DNA from: a virus
IMG/VR virus record: IMGVR_UViG_3300027432_000002
Length of the DNA: 64,000 bases
Strand: one strand, 5' to 3'
Shown: piece after piece, positions 10,356 to 21,012 of the stretch
How the letters are laid out: the number at the start of each line of letters is the position of its first letter
Numbering within the stretch: position 1 is the stretch's first letter
Notes under the pieces: model-generated
What the model saw: only the letters and a program-made list of their open reading frames with translations
What the model was told of the DNA's origin: nothing
Database searches by the model: none
Program-made: the position numbers and the translations under genes

Positions 10356-12293
10356 TTAGGCTGTTCCGATCACCGCGGATTCTGAGGCGACGTAATGCGC
10401 TTGGAACCCGAATCCACCCGCGCCAATCGTCGCTACGAAGTTGGCCCACGTGGTGACACGGGTCATGGGGCCCCCCGCTTCCGTGTAGGCGCCCACGGCG
10501 TCGTCCCACGCCCGAGCGTGATTATCTGTCGTTCCGTTTGGAATGATAAAGGCGAAGTCTCCACTCGACCCAGTTACGCTCGGAACGAGTCCAGCAGAAG
10601 TGGGGACTGGGATAACTGCACCAGCACCGACAAGAATGCCGTAAGCATGATTCCCATTACCCCAAACCAAGCCACCGAGAAGAAATGTACAACCTTCGTA
10701 AGCGAGAATTCCGCCCGCAAAGGATGCCGGATTGTCGTGAACCTGAATTCCGGTAAAATGTTCTGATCCATGTAGAACCGCTATCGATTGTATATAAGTT
10801 CCACCAACGAGCAGTCCGCTAACGATTCCTGTTATATAGGTATCATTAGCAAAGTTGATGACGCCGACAAGTTGGTCTGTGTTGGCGTTAGGTATCATCA
10901 GTCCCGCATTCATGTCGATAACGCTGTTGCCCTGTACGCCGTTACACCATACGCAATCGTTGAAGTTGCCTCCGACAAAGACCGCATCCAAGAATGCGCA
11001 TCGGTTGTAGTTCACCGCGTCTGTAGAAAAGGATCCGGCGACCCTCGGTCCGACCGATCCGATAACAAATGAGCAGTCGTTGAACGTCAGTGTGCCGCCG
11101 CTTGAGTGTGGTGGCGTTACGGACGCAAGCTTCAACGTTCCGGGTCTTGTGAGTCGGTATCCGTCACCGATGGTCAGGGCTCCGAATGTCACTCCGTCCG
11201 GGAGTATCGGCCGAGTCACCGATGCCGTAGGGCTGCCGACACCGCGAGCGATCCACGCGCCTGCTGTGGTTGCCATATCGACTACCCGAACCGGAATCGT
11301 TGCTGCGCCACTCGCTTGCGCCACGGCTAGTACGTATGGCGTGAAGTTTGCGATATCGCTCGTGTGGACTGTCTGCCGCTGACCTCCGCCTGGAGCTAGC
11401 GGATTGATGGCGATCGTCCCAGCGTCCAACGTTCCACCGATATGAACGACGACGGGCGTCATGTTCACGACGATGTTGAAGTCCTCTTGATCGAGATAGG
11501 AAAAGTCTAGTCCGATGAGTCCAAAGCTTTCGCTCAGGTAGGTGACGGTAAGGTCGGCCAGAAGAGGACCGAGCGCGCTTCGCGCCTGAATCCGGAGATT
11601 TTCTTCATCTGTCGTAAGGATCGGTCCGCTTCCAGGTGGAACGTTGTTAGCGGTCTGTCCAGTGTTGGCGTTGTTAGCGAATCCGGTTACGTTCTGCGGA
11701 TCCACGAACAGTGCAATGGGTTGGCTTGTCAGCGCGAACGCGGGACCCGTCGCGCCTTGAGCGCCTGCTGGTCCGGTAGCGCCTACAGGACCTGTCGCTC
11801 CCGCTGCTCCAGACGCCCCTGTTGCGCCTACACCGGTTGCCCCATGAGCGCCTGATGGTCCGGTGGCACCAGCAGGACCAGTTGCTCCCGTAGCTCCACC
11901 ACCACCACTTCCAGAAGGCCAAGGATTCGGAGTGATACCTTGACCTGTGAAGTACCCCTCTCCTGCAATAATGAGCGCAATGATTGAATTACATAGTTGG
12001 GTGAACGTGGACGGAGTAAGCGTCTCTGTCGTCATCTCTGTAAAGCGGTTTTCCCATACTGCTTTGCACGCTTTTTCGATAATGAGGACTTCGAGCGTAT
12101 CTGGAGGCGTTGTATCTGGACTAACCTCCCACGCTTCGTCGAACGAAATGGCGAAGGCGCCAGAGATCATCGCGTAAGGGGCATAGTCGCCAGGTACCGC
12201 ATCTTCGATCCACCGTCCACTTGCAGCGAATCCAGAGATGATTCCGGAATACGCCGCAGTGAAAACTGTTATGTCGTTGGGTACGTAAGACAT
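10356..12293 (-). CDS. fibre protein (YVPN anchor family) with short collagen tract and large beta-rich C-terminal region
   Basis: Same anchor; short GAT tract; LFVDP...ANNANTG motif followed by beta-helix-like composition. Confidence 0.8.
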   Translation of the reverse strand: MSYVPNDITVFTAAYSGIISGFAASGRWIEDAVPGDYAPYAMISGAFAISFDEAWEVSPDTTPPDTLEVLIIEKACKAVWENRFTEMTTETLTPSTFTQLCNSIIALIIAGEGYFTGQGITPNPWPSGSGGGGATGATGPAGATGPSGAHGATGVGATGASGAAGATGPVGATGPAGAQGATGPAFALTSQPIALFVDPQNVTGFANNANTGQTANNVPPGSGPILTTDEENLRIQARSALGPLLADLTVTYLSESFGLIGLDFSYLDQEDFNIVVNMTPVVVHIGGTLDAGTIAINPLAPGGGQRQTVHTSDIANFTPYVLAVAQASGAATIPVRVVDMATTAGAWIARGVGSPTASVTRPILPDGVTFGALTIGDGYRLTRPGTLKLASVTPPHSSGGTLTFNDCSFVIGSVGPRVAGSFSTDAVNYNRCAFLDAVFVGGNFNDCVWCNGVQGNSVIDMNAGLMIPNANTDQLVGVINFANDTYITGIVSGLLVGGTYIQSIAVLHGSEHFTGIQVHDNPASFAGGILAYEGCTFLLGGLVWGNGNHAYGILVGAGAVIPVPTSAGLVPSVTGSSGDFAFIIPNGTTDNHARAWDDAVGAYTEAGGPMTRVTTWANFVATIGAGGFGFQAHYVASESAVIGTA

Positions 12294-12312
12294 GGTATTT
12301 AGTACCTTTCAA

Positions 12313-13989
12313 CTACCACGAAATTGCGCATACACCTGCGGTTTGGGTGTTTGGAACGTTTACGGTGTGCAAAACGCTAGAGTCATTAGTTGCTCGGATT
12401 GAAAACGTATGCGTTCCTACCAGACCAGCGGCCACCCAGGTGATGGTACCGTTGGCATATCCTGTTATGGGGGCTGTAATTGCAAGAATGGTTGGGCCTA
12501 TTTGCGTCTCCCCTCCTGTTCCGGCGTCTTGAATGAGTTCGAATAAAATCGCATCGCCAGGGACAGAAGCTTGAGCAGTCATAACGCCAGTTACTAAGAC
12601 TCTGCCCACTGGACCGGAAGGAATGCCTCCCACTCCCTCGTACGTGCATGACCATGCCACACTGCCAGGACCAGTTCCGGGAGGGATGGACCCAGAATTG
12701 AATCCTTCGAGAGTTGAAAAGATCCCACCAGTCCCCGTAGCTCCCGTTGCGCCGATTCCTCCCGTACTGCCGGCCGATCCGGTTGCGCCCGTTGCGCCTA
12801 CTCCTCCCGTACTGCCGGCCGATCCGGTTGCTCCCGTAGCACCATGCACACCAGTAGCTCCCGTTGCGCCCACTCCTCCACTGCTTCCACCAGCTCCCGT
12901 TGCGCCCGTTGCGCCCGATGCACCGGCGCCTGTAGCGCCTGCCGATCCGCCAGCACCCGTTGCCCCTGTCGCTCCAGCTGTCCCATTGGTTCCAGCCGAT
13001 CCGGTAGCTCCTTTCGCGCCAGTCGCTCCTGCTGCTCCAGCAGCACCCGTAGCTCCCGTAGCCCCTGTCGCTCCAGCTGTCCCATTGGTTCCAGCCGATC
13101 CGGTAGCTCCTTTCGCGCCAGTCGCTCCCGCTGCTCCAGCAGCACCCGCTGCTCCAGCAGCACCCGTAGCTCCCGTAGCCCCAGAAGCTCCAGCCACTCC
13201 CGTAGCGCCAGCGCCGGTAGCTCCCGTAGAACCTAGAGGACCAGTTGCACCTTGAGGGCCTGTCGGACCAGACGCTCCACCACCAGGCCCCGTTGCTCCA
13301 ATGGTTCCCGTAGCGCCCGTAGCACCAGCGCCCGTTGCGCCAGTTGCGCCTAGAGAGCCTGTGGCACCAGCAGTACCTGTTGCGCCAGTAACCCCTGCGC
13401 CAGTGGCGCCCGTTGCGCCTAGCGATCCTGTGGCACCCGGTGCTCCTGTAGCTCCCGTCCCTCCTGTACCTGTAGCCCCACTGCTACCTGTAGCGCCTGC
13501 GGTTCCTGTAGCGCCCGTCGCGCCTGGAGGTCCGCTAGGCCCTCCTGACGGTCCGGTTGCTCCCGTAGCTCCACTTCCACTACCAGATGGCCACAATTCT
13601 GGAGTGATTCCTTGACCTGAAAAGTATTCATCCGAAGCAAGAACGATAGCAATGATTGAATTACATAGGGTAGTAAACGTGGATGGTAGAAGCGTCTCCG
13701 AATTCATCTCCGTGTAGCGGTTTTCCCAAACCGCTTTACAAGTCATCTGAATGACCAACACTTGAAGTGTGTTTGGAGGTACTGTATCAGGATTGATTTC
13801 CCACGCTTGATCAAAACTTTGCGCAAATGCGCCAGCGACCATGGCATACGCAGAGTAATCAGCGCTATTGCTATCCTGAACCCATCGTCCACTTGCAGAA
13901 AGTCCCGCGATGATTCCAGAATACGACGCTGTATACACAGTTATGTCGTTGGGTACGTAAGGCATGGTTTCGCTATCCTTTACTGACAC
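12313..13989 (-). CDS. collagen-like fibre protein (YVPN anchor family)
   Basis: Same anchor (start may be MPYVPN), long GXT tract, C-terminal head. Confidence 0.85.
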   Translation of the reverse strand: MSVKDSETMPYVPNDITVYTASYSGIIAGLSASGRWVQDSNSADYSAYAMVAGAFAQSFDQAWEINPDTVPPNTLQVLVIQMTCKAVWENRYTEMNSETLLPSTFTTLCNSIIAIVLASDEYFSGQGITPELWPSGSGSGATGATGPSGGPSGPPGATGATGTAGATGSSGATGTGGTGATGAPGATGSLGATGATGAGVTGATGTAGATGSLGATGATGAGATGATGTIGATGPGGGASGPTGPQGATGPLGSTGATGAGATGVAGASGATGATGAAGAAGAAGAAGATGAKGATGSAGTNGTAGATGATGATGAAGAAGATGAKGATGSAGTNGTAGATGATGAGGSAGATGAGASGATGATGAGGSSGGVGATGATGVHGATGATGSAGSTGGVGATGATGSAGSTGGIGATGATGTGGIFSTLEGFNSGSIPPGTGPGSVAWSCTYEGVGGIPSGPVGRVLVTGVMTAQASVPGDAILFELIQDAGTGGETQIGPTILAITAPITGYANGTITWVAAGLVGTHTFSIRATNDSSVLHTVNVPNTQTAGVCAISW

Positions 13990-14372
13990 GGAACGTTGCA
14001 GGTCTGTATACTTCCACCATCAAAAAGACAGGCCATCCAAGCAGGCTGTTCCGAGTCCGAATGTTCGTCCGTGACCGCTTGGAGACCGTCCGGTGTCGCC
14101 GACAGACAGCCTCCAATCACAAGTTCTGTGTAGACCGTTTGCGCGGTCGCTGGAGGAGGACTCGTTGGAGCGCAAGATAGGATAGATAGAAGAAAGCCGA
14201 CTGCTTTGACCGTTGACATACAGAGAAACTTTTTAGAGCCGCAAGTGACACATTCAGTCATGAGTCGCTCTTTCCCATCCGAGCTAATCGCTCGAATGAG
14301 TCGAACCTTCTGCCAACCGAACTTATGCACAAGCCAGTGCCAAAGTCCGACCCTCCAAAGTCGAGCGCTCAT
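13980..14372 (-). CDS. hypothetical Cys-rich, possibly lipoprotein-like protein
   Basis: TGATG coupling to the peptidase; internal hydrophobic FLLSILSC segment (alternative start 14219). Confidence 0.5.
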   Translation of the reverse strand: MSARLWRVGLWHWLVHKFGWQKVRLIRAISSDGKERLMTECVTCGSKKFLCMSTVKAVGFLLSILSCAPTSPPPATAQTVYTELVIGGCLSATPDGLQAVTDEHSDSEQPAWMACLFDGGSIQTCNVPCQ

Positions 14373-16429
14373 CAGACTGGCCAAGAAGCGGCCAATCCTG
14401 CTTGGACCAGTCCTTCTGCACTCGCTCTCGTCAGAAGCGGATGGCCTGCGGCTATCCTGGCGATAGCCCACGCCTGCGCTTGCGCGAGCGTAACAGGTCC
14501 ACTTGGAGTAGGTGGCGGAGGGATGGGAACGGGAATGCTTTTACCGAAGATGGAATTGAAATCCGAAACCAAATCCGAGTACGCGAATCCGCTTGGCGTC
14601 TTGGCCGACGCTTTGATCATCCAGTCCGGCGTCACTCGGACTGCGGCGCCTCCTCCAGCACTTTCTATGCAAAGGGCGGCGATGGCTTTCCACGTCATCG
14701 TACCGAGTAGGCCCCAGGTCATGACCTGAGCGCCCTGGGAATTGGTCCCAACGATGGCGACGTTCGGCGAGTTATAGGCGCACGACCCGATGCAATGCCC
14801 GTTGTTCGGATTGGGGGCGGCCACATCCCAGAGAAAGCCATTGCCGCTCGGGAAGGGATTGACGTAGCTATCTGGCAAAGAAAGCCACATCTTGAGATTG
14901 CCAAACGCTTCGATAGCGAACTTCACTTCCGCCTGGTTGGTCATGTCGACTTCGGCATAACCCGCAAGCTTGGTACCATCGGCATACGGATTTTGCGTGA
15001 AGTAGTTGAGGGCGGTGATTGGGTCTGTTCCTTGGTCACTTGACGGAACGGCCGGATTATAGCCAGTGATGATGCTGTACGCCGCGAGCGTTTGCGCGGC
15101 CGTGTACGCGTAGAGCTGTCCGGCGTTGCCCGTGACGACTCCGATGAAATGTGCCTCTTCGGCCAAGACGCAATTGCCAGAAATGAGAATTTTGCCGTTA
15201 CGACGAGTGACGAGAGTTGAATTCGGAACCGTCGCGCAGAATACTTCGCCATGATATTCGTCGAATTCAATTCCTACAGATTTGGAACTGCGGGTAATTG
15301 ATATATCTGACCTGAAGTTTTCGTTTACAACATGTTCCGGAAAGTGACCGATAATGTCTATTCCGTTTTGGTTTACTCCACCCTGTCTCGGTTCGCGTTT
15401 GTAGATAGCTCCACGTTTACCCACACGTAGAAGTAATTCTTGGATATCATCCGCCAACCGACTGCTTGAAGTATAGAATTGTCGGCCTTGATCCTCTTCC
15501 TGTTTATGTCTTTGATCTCCGTAGAAAGATAGAAATTCAGCGATCTGTTCTTGATCTGCTACCTTGATAAGATCTGGAATTCGTTTGAATGGTGAATGGT
15601 GCACGTCGCCCGTATACGCGTTGACACGAAGCCATCGCGCTAGGTCCGCATCGGTAAACGTCCAGACGCCACGTCGACTTGGTTGCTCTCTAATGTCAAG
15701 AGAGTGCGCGAATTTTGCTACTTCTTCATATCGATCTTCATTGAAGCAGCAAAAGGATATTACGTTTCTATTATGTTCGTCACTACGAACGTAGCCGTCT
15801 GAGATAATGAGAGATAGAAGCTTGATGAGGTCTGTACCGTTCCATTCTCTAGAACCGACTGAGAGTTTGAGTAATCTGGTTCCTACGAATCCGCGTGTGG
15901 CTCCAGGGATTAGACCTCTGTGCGGAAGAGCGCCGACAGGAAGAAACTTCATCTTGCCGTAATGGGCGCTATTCGGAACGTACGGTTTTGGAATATGATA
16001 CGGAGAAACGAGCATGCGATGATTTGGAGTAAGCGCGAAGTCAAGACGCTTATGTGATGAGAACACCATGGGGCCATGATGCGGGCGACGTCGAATCGAA
16101 ATTGGCGCCTGAAATTCTAGCATACCTGTAGTCGTGTTCATCGTTCCAAGTAGGGACGATCCGTCGTAATCTGTCCAAAGACGCCAACCGTGTTCGGTAA
16201 GAACTTCGGTTTTCTCATCATGACAATCGCCCACCGAGTCATTACCTTCTACGTTGGTAATGACAGGCATCGCGGGCGCGGAGTAATCACACGACGGAGA
16301 CGAAGTGGGAATGTTCGCCATGTCCATATAGTGCGACAGCTTGATCTTCGGCCGATGGGGCGAAGGGATCTTGCACGCCCCGATAACGACGTTGCGGTTC
16401 AGTCTCGGTACCCAAATGACTTGTCTCAT
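14372..16429 (-). CDS. papain-fold cysteine peptidase interrupted by an intein
   Basis: Spliced sequence reads GNDSVGD-CVLAEEAH...NGHCIG...VMTWG; start MRQVIW coupled to the upstream stop. Confidence 0.75.
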   Translation of the reverse strand: MRQVIWVPRLNRNVVIGACKIPSPHRPKIKLSHYMDMANIPTSSPSCDYSAPAMPVITNVEGNDSVGDCHDEKTEVLTEHGWRLWTDYDGSSLLGTMNTTTGMLEFQAPISIRRRPHHGPMVFSSHKRLDFALTPNHRMLVSPYHIPKPYVPNSAHYGKMKFLPVGALPHRGLIPGATRGFVGTRLLKLSVGSREWNGTDLIKLLSLIISDGYVRSDEHNRNVISFCCFNEDRYEEVAKFAHSLDIREQPSRRGVWTFTDADLARWLRVNAYTGDVHHSPFKRIPDLIKVADQEQIAEFLSFYGDQRHKQEEDQGRQFYTSSSRLADDIQELLLRVGKRGAIYKREPRQGGVNQNGIDIIGHFPEHVVNENFRSDISITRSSKSVGIEFDEYHGEVFCATVPNSTLVTRRNGKILISGNCVLAEEAHFIGVVTGNAGQLYAYTAAQTLAAYSIITGYNPAVPSSDQGTDPITALNYFTQNPYADGTKLAGYAEVDMTNQAEVKFAIEAFGNLKMWLSLPDSYVNPFPSGNGFLWDVAAPNPNNGHCIGSCAYNSPNVAIVGTNSQGAQVMTWGLLGTMTWKAIAALCIESAGGGAAVRVTPDWMIKASAKTPSGFAYSDLVSDFNSIFGKSIPVPIPPPPTPSGPVTLAQAQAWAIARIAAGHPLLTRASAEGLVQAGLAASWPV
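15173..16225 (-). mobile_element. intein (351 aa) with a LAGLIDADG-type homing endonuclease region
   Basis: Block A CHDEKTEVLTEHGW, block B LTPNHRML, LLSLIISDG, YTSSSRLADDIQELLLRVG, C-terminal YHGEVFCATVPNSTLVTRRNGKILISGN|C. Confidence 0.92.
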
Positions 16430-16725
16430 TTTCCACCATCCGTCTTGGTCGCTAGAAGTTTCGCCTGAAGAGCCGGTACGAGATTGGGATGATCCTTGGC
16501 CCACGAGCTATTGATGAGCGCGTTGATGAAATCCACGACGAACTGCTGTTCACCCGGATAGCAGCTGAGCGCAATCGTGACCGGATCGGTTTGACCCGAT
16601 TCAACCGCGCTCTGGATACAGAGTTCGATGTTGGCAATATCGGGAGGAAGGTTGGGAGACTTGAGTGCTGAGCATCCAAGTGCGCAGACCAGAACAAACA
16701 CTGGGCCAATTATCATCTTCAGCAT
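16426..16725 (-). CDS. putative lipoprotein
   Basis: Hydrophobic N-terminus ending in ALGC (lipobox-like). Confidence 0.6.
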   Translation of the reverse strand: MLKMIIGPVFVLVCALGCSALKSPNLPPDIANIELCIQSAVESGQTDPVTIALSCYPGEQQFVVDFINALINSSWAKDHPNLVPALQAKLLATKTDGGK

Positions 16726-16765
16726 TGAGAGTCTCCTTAGGCACTGTGTACGGCTAATTCATGAA

Positions 16766-17029
16766 CTACTTGGTCGCTGCGATGATTCCGAACACCCCTT
16801 GCACAGCTCCCGTAATCGGAATGACGAGGTTGGCGAGTTCTACACACTCTTTAATGATGGTGAGAAAAATGATCCACCCATCTGGTCCTGGAATCTTCCC
16901 ATAGTCTTTGTAGGACTTGACGATAAGCAGTTTCTCATCGTCACTGCATGCGAGAAAACCTCGCACGTCTGCTTGACTGAGCATCGGTAGCGCTACTACG
17001 ATAGCGACGATAGCCTCGTCTTTGCTCAT
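16766..17029 (-). CDS. small membrane-associated hypothetical protein
   Basis: Coupled ORF with a hydrophobic C-terminal half. Confidence 0.6.
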   Translation of the reverse strand: MSKDEAIVAIVVALPMLSQADVRGFLACSDDEKLLIVKSYKDYGKIPGPDGWIIFLTIIKECVELANLVIPITGAVQGVFGIIAATK

Positions 17030-17253
17030 TGACATGGGATTCCAGAATCGAACGTATCAAGTTTCTGATCTCGGATGACGGCTTGGATAGCGCAGTGACT
17101 GGCTCGAATGAGCGCCGCAGCGGGCGTATCCGCGTCTTGGTAGTTATAAGCCGCAGCGCTCGTTCGAGAAGCGTTTTCGATGTTGGAGATGTCTTCGGCC
17201 GGGAGGCCACCTGCGCAACTTATGAGAGTTACGCAGGCTAATACGCGTAGCAT
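17026..17253 (-). CDS. putative lipoprotein
   Basis: MLRVLACVTLISC signal/lipobox-like start, coupled to the upstream fibre stop. Confidence 0.55.
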   Translation of the reverse strand: MLRVLACVTLISCAGGLPAEDISNIENASRTSAAAYNYQDADTPAAALIRASHCAIQAVIRDQKLDTFDSGIPCQ

Positions 17254-18332
17254 CAGGCAACCGGAACAACGGTCACGTTGGCGCCACCAGCGCCGATTTG
17301 TGCAACCGTTGGGAGTGGAGAGAACGTGGTCACTTCGAAATGGAACGTGTGGGCTCCAGGGCTTAGACCCGTGACAAGTTCGGACCATGCAAAGGAAGTG
17401 TCGTATCCAACCCCTTCACCGGCAGTGAATTGCGTAATGGCCACACTCTGAACGAGCGCAGCATCGACGTACATATCCACATCCATTTGGTCGTTCGCTC
17501 CACTTGGCTGGTAATGGAAAGCCATGAACGTGGACATGTACGCTTTGCCGCTCGCTCCTACGGTCACCGAACCGGTTGCGACCGTAATGGTGGTTCCAGT
17601 CGAAAAATCGATGAGCGAACCGTTGGTGAAAACCGCCGATGCACCCTGCGTTCCGGACGGTCCGGTAGCGCCCGTAGCCCCTCCGCCTGGTCCCGTCGCT
17701 CCTGCCGCGCCCGTGGCGCCCGTAGCCCCTCCACCTGGTCCCGTCGCTCCTGCCGCTCCAGTGGCGCCTGTAGCCCCTCCGCCACCAACTCCCGTCGCGC
17801 CTGTTGCCCCTGCCGCTCCGGCAGCTCCTGCCGTACCTGCGGGACCGGTAGCGCCTGTGGCCCCATTGTCACTTCCCGCATTGACGATTGGGTTCTCCGC
17901 AGTACCCGTGATGGTAACGTTGGTCCCTGCTGAGACCGATTGAACTCCTCCGCCAGGCCACGGTAGCGGTGTAATGCCTTGACCTGAAAAATATCCTTCT
18001 CCTGCAATGATGAGCGCAATGATTGAATTACAGAGTTGGGTGAACGTCGATGGAGTAAGCGTCTCTGTCGTCATCTCTGTAAAGCGGTTTTCCCATACCG
18101 CTTTACACGCTTTTTCGATGATGAAGACTTGGAGTGTATCCGGAGGGTCTGTATCTGGATTCAGCTCCCACGCTTGATCAAACGAAATGGCGAAGGCGCC
18201 AGAGATCATCGCGTAGGGGGCATAGTCGCCCGGAGCCGCGTCTTCGATCCATCGTCCGCTTGCGGCAAATCCAGAGATGATTCCTGAGTACGCTGCTGTG
18301 AAGACGGTTATGTCATTGGGTACGTAGGCCAT
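17253..18332 (-). CDS. short collagen-like fibre protein (YVPN anchor family)
   Basis: Same anchor, GVQSVSAGTNVTITGTAENPIV linker, GAT tract, C-terminal head. Confidence 0.85.
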   Translation of the reverse strand: MAYVPNDITVFTAAYSGIISGFAASGRWIEDAAPGDYAPYAMISGAFAISFDQAWELNPDTDPPDTLQVFIIEKACKAVWENRFTEMTTETLTPSTFTQLCNSIIALIIAGEGYFSGQGITPLPWPGGGVQSVSAGTNVTITGTAENPIVNAGSDNGATGATGPAGTAGAAGAAGATGATGVGGGGATGATGAAGATGPGGGATGATGAAGATGPGGGATGATGPSGTQGASAVFTNGSLIDFSTGTTITVATGSVTVGASGKAYMSTFMAFHYQPSGANDQMDVDMYVDAALVQSVAITQFTAGEGVGYDTSFAWSELVTGLSPGAHTFHFEVTTFSPLPTVAQIGAGGANVTVVPVA

Positions 18333-18410
18333 AGTTCACATAGCGCTAGTTCCTAGCGCCTCTCCTTATCGATAATTGTTTTGGTATAGGAACTAGCTGA
18401 TTGCCTAGAC

Positions 18411-19199
18411 TTATCGAAGAAACGTCTTTGCAGCGAGGTATCCGCCGACACAACTAACCGCGGCTCCCGCTGGACCTGCTACGTATCCGCCGAGCGCTCC
18501 CAGAGATGCCGCAGCGATAATGGGTTTGTGGTCCGTGACCATGTGACGAGCTTCTTTCATAAAGTCGCCGTTGAAGTCTGCGAACGCGTCCGGGTCGTAG
18601 TTCGGGTCAACGTCGGTGGGGTAGTATTCCAGATCGGGATAGTACGGGTCCCAATTCCACGGGCGCGGTGCGAGCCCCAGCCCTCCGTAACCGTAACCGC
18701 GACGGCTGAACATACGACCGTAGCTTCTGCGCTGTGTTTCCGAAAACTGCCGAGTCGTATTGGGAGGAGTGAACGTATTGGTCCGAGAAGCGGCAGGCTG
18801 CGCCCGAGGGTTTGCCCCTCCACCTCCGCCTCCGCCACCTCCGCCACCTCCACCACCACCGCGGCCACCACCACCACCGCTATGACCAGCACCGAAACCG
18901 GACGATCCGTCGAACTCCCAACCGTGTCTCGAATGACCACCGAACCCGGACGAACCGTCGAACTCCCAGCCGTGTTGACTGGACGCGTAGTAGGGACGGC
19001 AATTGACGAGGTTACCGTGTCTGTCGACATCGCAGACGAGCGTGTTGGGAGAAGGGGCATCGTCTCCGTGCATGCTCGGTCCACCGTACGGACGGCAGTT
19101 ATAGAGATTGCCGGCCTTGTCGACATCGCAGAGCATCACACTGCTCGGTCTGGGGGTTGGATCGCCTTCGCCACTCATCGGAGCATAGTAACTCAACAT
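18411..19199 (-). CDS. segmented low-complexity virion protein with C-terminal membrane hairpin
   Basis: Two CDVDxxGNLxNCRPY repeats, two HGWEFDGSSGFG repeats, poly-Gly, hydrophobic C-terminus; GAGGA RBS before the ATG at 19199. Confidence 0.7.
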   Translation of the reverse strand: MLSYYAPMSGEGDPTPRPSSVMLCDVDKAGNLYNCRPYGGPSMHGDDAPSPNTLVCDVDRHGNLVNCRPYYASSQHGWEFDGSSGFGGHSRHGWEFDGSSGFGAGHSGGGGGRGGGGGGGGGGGGGGGANPRAQPAASRTNTFTPPNTTRQFSETQRRSYGRMFSRRGYGYGGLGLAPRPWNWDPYYPDLEYYPTDVDPNYDPDAFADFNGDFMKEARHMVTDHKPIIAAASLGALGGYVAGPAGAAVSCVGGYLAAKTFLR

Positions 19200-19239
19200 T
19201 TGGGTGTTCCTCATTTCTATTGTGTTGATAGTTCGTGAA

Positions 19240-19509
19240 CTATTTTCGGCCAGCTTCGAGTCTTTCAGTCCAACCGAAGACGCGGTCGTACTCTTTCGAT
19301 TTTGCTTCTGTTGCAGACGGAGCGCGAACATATCCGTCCAAAACGCCGTCGTCGGTACTCACACGATAAAGCTTTTGGCCGATTCCCCAGTACCGACCGC
19401 TCTTGTCGTATCCTTGGCGATCGATACGAACGCGCTCCGCGTAGAGTTTCCCAGAAAGCTTCTTGAAGCGTTTGCTCCGACGTCGTGTGGCATTGTTCGT
19501 GATCGTCAT
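19240..19509 (-). CDS. small basic hypothetical protein
   Basis: Closely spaced ORF; RIDRQGYDKSGRYWG motif. Confidence 0.65.
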   Translation of the reverse strand: MTITNNATRRRSKRFKKLSGKLYAERVRIDRQGYDKSGRYWGIGQKLYRVSTDDGVLDGYVRAPSATEAKSKEYDRVFGWTERLEAGRK

Positions 19510-19512
19510 CGC

Positions 19513-20964
19513 TTACTCCTTACCAAAGAATCCGCCGCTGCTAAGGACATATCCAAGTCCTCCACCAATCGCGGCTCCTACAGGCCCTAGTACGATAAGA
19601 CCTAGTACGCTTGCGCCAAGTGTCCAAACGAAAGGTTCGTTGACTTCACTTTCGCCATGCGCCACTCCGATGGCGCTCTCCGGATCGTTAACCGTATGCA
19701 AAACCGCCTGGCCAATATCGCGCGGCGCATGGCGCGTACCTATCGCCAGCGCCCGCGCGGCACGTTGCCGGTACGTCAGTCTATAGGATGGCGCCTTGGA
19801 CTTGACTCGCCCCATGTGGAGAGCAAGCGCGGTATCGAATCCCAGTTGGTCTTTACTCCAGGACTTCGTTCTTTTACTCTCTCTGGCCGAATGATGGCGA
19901 TGGTGATAATGGGATCCGTAGTTGCGATCGTCATAGTCTTTCCCATGTTGAGCGGCAGTTCCGAGCGAATTGCGTACTGCGAGCAATTGCGCTTGCGTGA
20001 CCCCAGGCGTATGAATGAGAGCGATACCCTGATCGAATCCTTGCGTTCCCTGTCCGGCGAGATTGGCCCGAGCGGACGCGATGACCGGATCCTTGTCGGC
20101 GAGCGTTGCCGCATGGTGCGCCAGCTCTTGCTGACCTTTTGGATTGGTGACGGCGTGTTTGCCGTCTTCTTGAATGTTTTTACCATGGGTCATCGCCATA
20201 CCGATGGTGAGACCGTTTTGAATCTGTTTCTTGGTCTTTCCGTCGATGCCAGGGATACTATCGATAGCAGATTGAAGGACGATATCGCCGACGTTGATCT
20301 TACTTCCAGGATGAATCGCTTCTCGAATGAGCGCCTTCTTTGCCGGATCGGGAACGAGATCGATTGCTTTTTTTACATCTTCTGCGGCAATAGCGACACC
20401 GTTGATGGTATCTTGGGCAAGACCAAGTCCGTGCATGAGGGCGTCTTTGGTCCCCTCAGGAATGACCACTCCAAGATTGCCTGCCAGATCGATGATACCC
20501 TTCTCGAGTATTTCGAGCATGGGCTTTTTCTCGACAGCGGCTTTGCCTATATCGTACGCGTCTTTGACAAATACGCCTCCTGGGATAGCGCCCGCGGTGG
20601 CGGCCAAGAGAATCTCGTCAATCGGTTTGCCTTCGGCGAGAGCGAGCCCTCCTCCGATGGCTGCCGCGATGGTGGTACCAATCCCAGGCACGAACGAGAC
20701 GACCGCTTCGACGTAGGGTCCGATCACTTCTGCGGAATGAAGCGCTTGTTTCAAACCGCCAAGCATGGCTCGGTCGATACGTTGACCTTTTGCTACATTG
20801 ATAGCGACATCGAATGGCCACGTGACCGAATCCACGAGCGCTTTGCCGACCGTGGACGCGACCTTACCGACGACGTCTCCAACCTTACCGGCCGTATCGG
20901 CAGCGTCGTGAAGAAAGTGTCCAAGATCGAATCCGCCCACAGCTTTGCTGTCCCTTCCCTCCAC
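19513..20964 (-). CDS. large membrane-associated structural protein
   Basis: Gly/Ala-rich hydrophobic hairpins (VSFVPGIGTTIAAAIGGGLALA; C-terminal TM). Confidence 0.7.
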   Translation of the reverse strand: MEGRDSKAVGGFDLGHFLHDAADTAGKVGDVVGKVASTVGKALVDSVTWPFDVAINVAKGQRIDRAMLGGLKQALHSAEVIGPYVEAVVSFVPGIGTTIAAAIGGGLALAEGKPIDEILLAATAGAIPGGVFVKDAYDIGKAAVEKKPMLEILEKGIIDLAGNLGVVIPEGTKDALMHGLGLAQDTINGVAIAAEDVKKAIDLVPDPAKKALIREAIHPGSKINVGDIVLQSAIDSIPGIDGKTKKQIQNGLTIGMAMTHGKNIQEDGKHAVTNPKGQQELAHHAATLADKDPVIASARANLAGQGTQGFDQGIALIHTPGVTQAQLLAVRNSLGTAAQHGKDYDDRNYGSHYHHRHHSARESKRTKSWSKDQLGFDTALALHMGRVKSKAPSYRLTYRQRAARALAIGTRHAPRDIGQAVLHTVNDPESAIGVAHGESEVNEPFVWTLGASVLGLIVLGPVGAAIGGGLGYVLSSGGFFGKE

Positions 20965-21012
20965 ACTTGGAGGTCACTAAATTCACGCACTATCTAGCCG
21001 ATCTGCCGCGAT

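Noticed and set aside
8542..18332. Diversity-generating retroelement or invertase shufflon acting on the fibres
   Set aside because: No reverse transcriptase or recombinase seen; the repeats are N-terminal and direct, not adenine-variable C-terminal TR/VR pairs or inverted sites.
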